From positions 20,894,001-20,958,000 of the forward strand of contig CM120645.1 in assembly GCA_051362555.1 (NCBI GenBank): a DNA stretch of 64,000 nucleotides. The letters are read 5' to 3'. The notes beneath the pieces were generated by a model. The model was not told where the DNA came from. It was given only the letters and a program-made list of their open reading frames with translations, and did not search any database. Positions 1 to 64,000 of the stretch are shown here, piece after piece; within the stretch, counting starts at the first letter, position 1, and each line of letters starts with the position of its first letter. The position numbers and the translations under genes were made by a program. This DNA comes from Lingula anatina. Its lineage: Eukaryota > Animalia > Brachiopoda.

Positions 1-301
1 ATAATAATAATAACAAACTTTCATCATTATCATCATCATAATAATCATAAGAGGAAGAAGAAGGACTATCATCATCATCATAATTCTAATAATAATAATG
101 ACAACAAAAAATATTTTAGGTGAAAAACAGAATGTTCTAATGTTGGAATATTTACTACAATATGTGTTTAAAAATCACCATTATAACGAGTTCTGATCTA
201 ATCCTCTATATCATAGCATTGCCATAAGCATGTTTAGATTTTGAATCACAAGACTGAGATTTTTTTAAATTAAAATCCCTGGGGTGAGCAATGTCTGTTA
301 C

Positions 302-53194
<52,893 letters not shown>

Positions 53195-53389
53195 CGTCTC
53201 AATTTTTTTCTCACATTCGATTTAAAAGAGAAATATTCCGATGAATGCGGTTTTGTGTTGGACAAGTGCTCACAAATAAACCAATATGGCGCGTTGCTAA
53301 CAAGCTTTTTGAATCTAACGTACCTCCAAAGAAAAAAGAGCATTGCGGTAGTTGAGACGAGCACGTTGTGTCCAACTAAATTTCACAAT
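53195..53389. promoter_or_regulatory. Compact bidirectional promoter shared by CFAP54 and METAP2
   Basis: Only 195 bp separate the divergent ATGs. The interval retains CpG and contains CCAAT/YY1-like AATATGGCG (53281-53291) and an RFX X-box-like half site GTTGCTA (53293-53299). Confidence 0.7.
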
Positions 53390-59588
<6,199 letters not shown>

Positions 59589-60654
59589 CTCTGCTAAAGT
59601 TCTACTATGATGATCCTTAGATTGAAGTAGTGGTGATTATAATCCAACCCTTTAAAAGGATACAGTGCACATTAGACTTTGTATATTGCAGAAAAAAATC
59701 ATGGAAATGTCAACTGTTCCCTTTATCAATAACTTATATCCCATCCAGAACTATGGAGAAAATTATAGATTATCAAGAAAACTTTTTTTGAGTTTTTAAA
59801 TTTGGAACAACTAATTTTTAGCTGATGTAATCTAATGAGTATGCCTTTAAGATTACAGCAGAGCAGACATCAGCTTTTTCTGAGGAATTGCAGAATTCTG
59901 AGATTTTAAATTCAAATTCTAATGGGGGCCTAAGGACCTCCACCCAACTAATTACTAGTGTTAGGTCCCCATAAAAATGTAAAAGAAAAAGAAAACGGGA
60001 TCATGTCTGCAAAAGTCTAGTTTTAAGCAGTCTAACTCGGCCTCCTGTAAATAGATCCGACTTTTTTTTTTTTTTGGGGGGGGGGGGGTCAAAAGAGAGA
60101 GAGTAGTATCATTTTGATAAATATGCTGCTGTAACACTTGTAATCAGATTAAGGAGGGAAAACAGTGGATCAAATGAATGCAGAAGTGGATCATTCTGAT
60201 GGGCTGTCCTGCAGTTCATAATAATTGGATACATTGTATCGGGGACACTATAACATTGTTACAGCATGGGTGACAGCAAATGAAGTCTGCAAATGGTAAA
60301 TAAGAACTGTTCAATACATTATTTGATTTATATACTCCAGATAATAACTTGATCATGGTAGGTGATAGTGAATTATGGAATGTGAAAGACATTTTGCATT
60401 GTTGTTTATATCTAGGTGTTGATGAAATATGGCTTTCTGTTAACATTTGAATAGATGTGGATGTAAGGTGGAGAAAAATATACATCACCATGTTAATATT
60501 ACAGTAATAAAAAGTACTTGTAATAATACAAAATTAGTAATAAAATATTGTATTATTTGTCTATATATGTGCAAAATTAAATTGATACATTCAGAATTTT
60601 TAATGAATTACTGGGAAGGGGAAATGTTTTGCTAATTATCTGGAATTACCTGTC

Positions 60655-60920
60655 GCCCCTCAAAACTGAAATGGACTCACCCCACCCGGCACCCCTCAAA
60701 ACTTGGGATGGACTCGCCCCACCCGGCACCCCTCAAAACTTGGAATGGACTCGCCCCACCCAGCACCCCTCAAAACTTGGAATGGACTTGACCCACCCGG
60801 CACCCCTCAAAACTTGGAATGGACTCGCCCCACCCGGCACCCCTCAAAACTTGGAATGGACTCGCACCACCCCATCACCACTCAAAACTTGGAATGGACT
60901 CGCCCCACCCATCCCCTCCA
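60655..60920. repeat. 37-bp minisatellite, ~7 copies, downstream of METAP2
   Basis: CAAAACTTGGAATGGACTCGCCCCACCCGGCACCCCT at 60697, 60734, 60771 and onward. Confidence 0.9.
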
Positions 60921-63158
60921 AACTTAATAGACTTGCCCCACCCATCACCCCTCACTGTTAATTCCAACTTATCATACGTGATTTCAAATCGAGAAGACTA
61001 TGTTCAGAAATGCCAATACACAATATTACTTTTACTTTAATTTCTTGTAAATCAAAACGACAACCACCAAACAAGCACGTTTATTTCCACAAATTTATAA
61101 GGGAGAGATTAGTACAAATACAAAGGATGAAAATAAAGTCAACTTCTACAATTTTAACTGTAGTAGCAAAGAACACAGTAGCAGAATTTTACAATCTCAC
61201 TCAAGATTCAAAGTTGTGATACGCACGCACTATTGAAATTACATAGTGGCAATATACCGCTTCGACGATTTCACTATTGAATAACCAAATAATATAAAAT
61301 CTGAATGGTTTTCAAGTAAAACCAGACATATACACGCTTCTCCAAATGTTTAATTAGATAAAAATCAATATTTAGGTGATAATTTGAATGCAAATTATTA
61401 GTGGTCAAACTAAATAATAATTTGAAAAGGAAACCCGATGGATTTCACGGCACGATTCCAATATGTTAAAATCTCACGTCTTAAGCTAAAAGTTTTTATA
61501 ATAACAATATCAGCATGCACAGTTTCCGCCAAAATCCACTCGTGAGCGTGCGTGAGTCTCGTCGAGTTCCAAAATAGGCCTCCGACCAGAGGTCTGAGAA
61601 AGATATTATAAAGCAGGGCCTCAGCAACGGATTTGGCAGTTCTGAAATAGTAAAAGAACTCCATTAAAAAAGATATTAAAATGATAATATCCAATGCAAT
61701 AAAATTTGAACTTAGATTAATTTTGATGTAATTCTATTGAACAAAGATAATATTCATATTTTAATATATCTTAAAAGATTCCATATTACGTTGAAAATAG
61801 ATATACTTCACAACAAATTTCAATGGAAGTTGAGCACCAATTTCTAGTATATATAATTAAAAGAATGAGAAGAATAATAAGACCAATACTCACCCAAACC
61901 TAATATAGAGGTGCATTTCACAAGCTGAAATATATTTTAAAAAATTGTATGAATTCGAAATTGTATTCAAGTTTTAAACCATATATGTATACCCTATAGA
62001 ACAAAAATACAGCATTAGGCTACTATAGATCCAAGAAAAAATGCCCTATTGATATCAGGATTTTTTCTGTCATCATGATTTTTTCTCAAAATTAATTCTT
62101 TCTTGCTTATCTACTTCAGCTGTACACACGAAAAGATTTTTTCTAAACTTTAAATGAGATGTAGCTCAGAACAGTGTCTGATGAAGACACATTTACACAT
62201 TAAGCATTCAAACTATCAAAGCGTCTTAAAATACACATATGTTCAGGTGGCCCATTTGTGTACAGTAAGTGGCATTGAAGTGAATATTTGCAAATGGGCA
62301 CCAAAAAGTGACATCTTATATTACCGACTTCATATTGCCTACGTGTATATTGGCAGCGTGCTTTTCTGGACTTTCAGAGTTCACCACGTTCAACTTTCTA
62401 AAACCCAGTTAAGTAACAACACAAACCGTAAGTTTTTGATAATTTGGAAATACAAGGGCAGTGTAACCATGTAATTTGAACTCGTGAAAACACGAGAATC
62501 TTGTAAAGAACATCTTTGGTGCAAATAATATCTAAACTTTAAACGATGAAGAGTGTATTTAAGCAAATCCACTAACTTTCGAATCAAAACAAAGAAACAA
62601 AACTGAGAAAAACTTATAAAGAATCAATCTTACTCAATCGCAACGCGGGAGAAGTATCTCATTTAGTCTGACAAAAGACATGCATTCCACTTTACCGAAT
62701 TATGCATATTACATCTAACCATTTTTATACGCCCGTAGAAGAAACTCCACTCACAAGACATAGGCTACTTGTTTCATCCTGGGATACATCGTAATTCAAC
62801 GCCGGAAGAAATGTTCTTATCTTCGCCTTCACCACACCTATCCTGCGTCCTCTTCTTACAGGGTCCAGGTGTCAAGTGACCAGTCGAGAAGACAGTTCGC
62901 ACTGAGCCACTCGGCTTATTATTATGCAAATAACAACAGGTATGGCGCGTTATGATTGAAGTGTTTTGGAATCTCATTGGTTAAGACTGCTAAGGTTCGT
63001 TCACCTGTCTGTTGTCATGCTTATACAATGTTTTGGCTCATTCTAGGTGTGGAGATATATACAGAACAAGTAGCTGTCGCCATTACCTTATTTGCATATA
63101 GACTTTTTGGACTATAAAATTTCTATTCATATCGATAGAGGTACTACGCACACACAGA

Positions 63159-63249
<91 letters not shown>

Positions 63250-63787
63250 ATATACCAGCACTTTTAGGTATGATTTATACAATTTAGGAAAGCCCACATC
63301 TTTTGTCTCTAACATCGTTTGGAATTATGCATAAAAGAAGAAATAGAAATATAAAGCCACAAAAAAATGCTATTTAAACATATTTACTGAGACAAAAATA
63401 TGGTGTGGATTCAAGATGTTCAGGAGATGAGGGAAATTGTTTTAAATTTCCCTATTCCAATCAATACACACGTAGCTATTAAAATTATTGATGATAGATT
63501 AGCATCTTGTTCATTGTGAGAGCTGTGACATAAATATATGTGTCGCTTTAATAGTCCATCCAAGCTTAGATTTATTGCAAAGTGAATATCAAATATATTT
63601 AATGTTTTCATTCCACTGATATATTTCTTCATTTCAATGGTTATGTTCCATTCCATCAAATTATATGAAGTTAAAATATTTGTATGTAACTCATACACTA
63701 ACAATCTTTGTAACGTGATTTTTCACCTCTAGCATGAGACGAAAACTGTCATTCTAATCTATAATTCAAAAGTTAAATTTAGAAAAA

Positions 63788-64000
63788 AAATCTTCCTTCA
63801 TAGTCATTGCGCCATAGCGCTCATAGCATTAATGATTCTTTAAATCTTTAAATAAATCTTCCTTCATACTCATAGCTTAATTGCACTCATAGAATTTAAT
63901 GATTCTTTAAATCTTTAAATGAATCTTCCTTTATAGTCATTGCGTCATTGCACTCATAGATCTTAATGATTCTTTAAATCTTTAAAAAATCTTCCTTCAT
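63788..64000. repeat. ~67-bp tandem repeat running off the window end
   Basis: AATCTTCCTTCATAGTCATTGCG...AATGATTCTTTAAATCTTTAAA recurs at ~63790, 63857, 63924 and 63990. Confidence 0.85.

Noticed and set aside
59922-59972. 12-bp stem ATGGGGGCCTAA/TTAGGTCCCCAT in the METAP2 3' region (SECIS-like?)
   Set aside because: There is no SECIS core (AUGA/GA quartet, apical AA) and no in-frame UGA in METAP2.
62246-62302. Hairpin GGTGGCCCATTTG...CAAATGGGCACC as a possible miRNA precursor
   Set aside because: The stem is too short and the loop too large, and I see no recognisable mature miRNA.

Overview
AT-rich, intron-rich animal genomic DNA, probably a lophotrochozoan such as a mollusc (inferred from the perlucin-like lectins and repeat types; the taxon is not proven). 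Most of the window (302-53194, minus strand) is CFAP54: I traced 55 phase-consistent coding exons (~2734 codons), and the gene continues beyond position 1. It sits head-to-head, 195 bp ATG-to-ATG, with a complete 11-exon METAP2 gene (53390-59588, plus, 479 aa). The 17.4-kb CFAP54 intron 40 (10971-28343) is an accessory zone. It holds two tandemly duplicated, antisense-nested, secreted C-type lectin genes whose sugar-binding motifs differ (EPN vs QPS), and a ~6.9-kb decayed TIR element with IS3EU-like and Academ-like (XPG/Cys-rich) coding remnants, itself interrupted by a Helentron-type element and MITEs. Other notable items are a 614-bp TIR element carrying a RecQ helicase motif (AcademH-like), a GC-AG intron, tandem repeats that duplicate splice donors, and candidate intronic H/ACA RNAs in METAP2. 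All calls were made by eye; no database searches were run.
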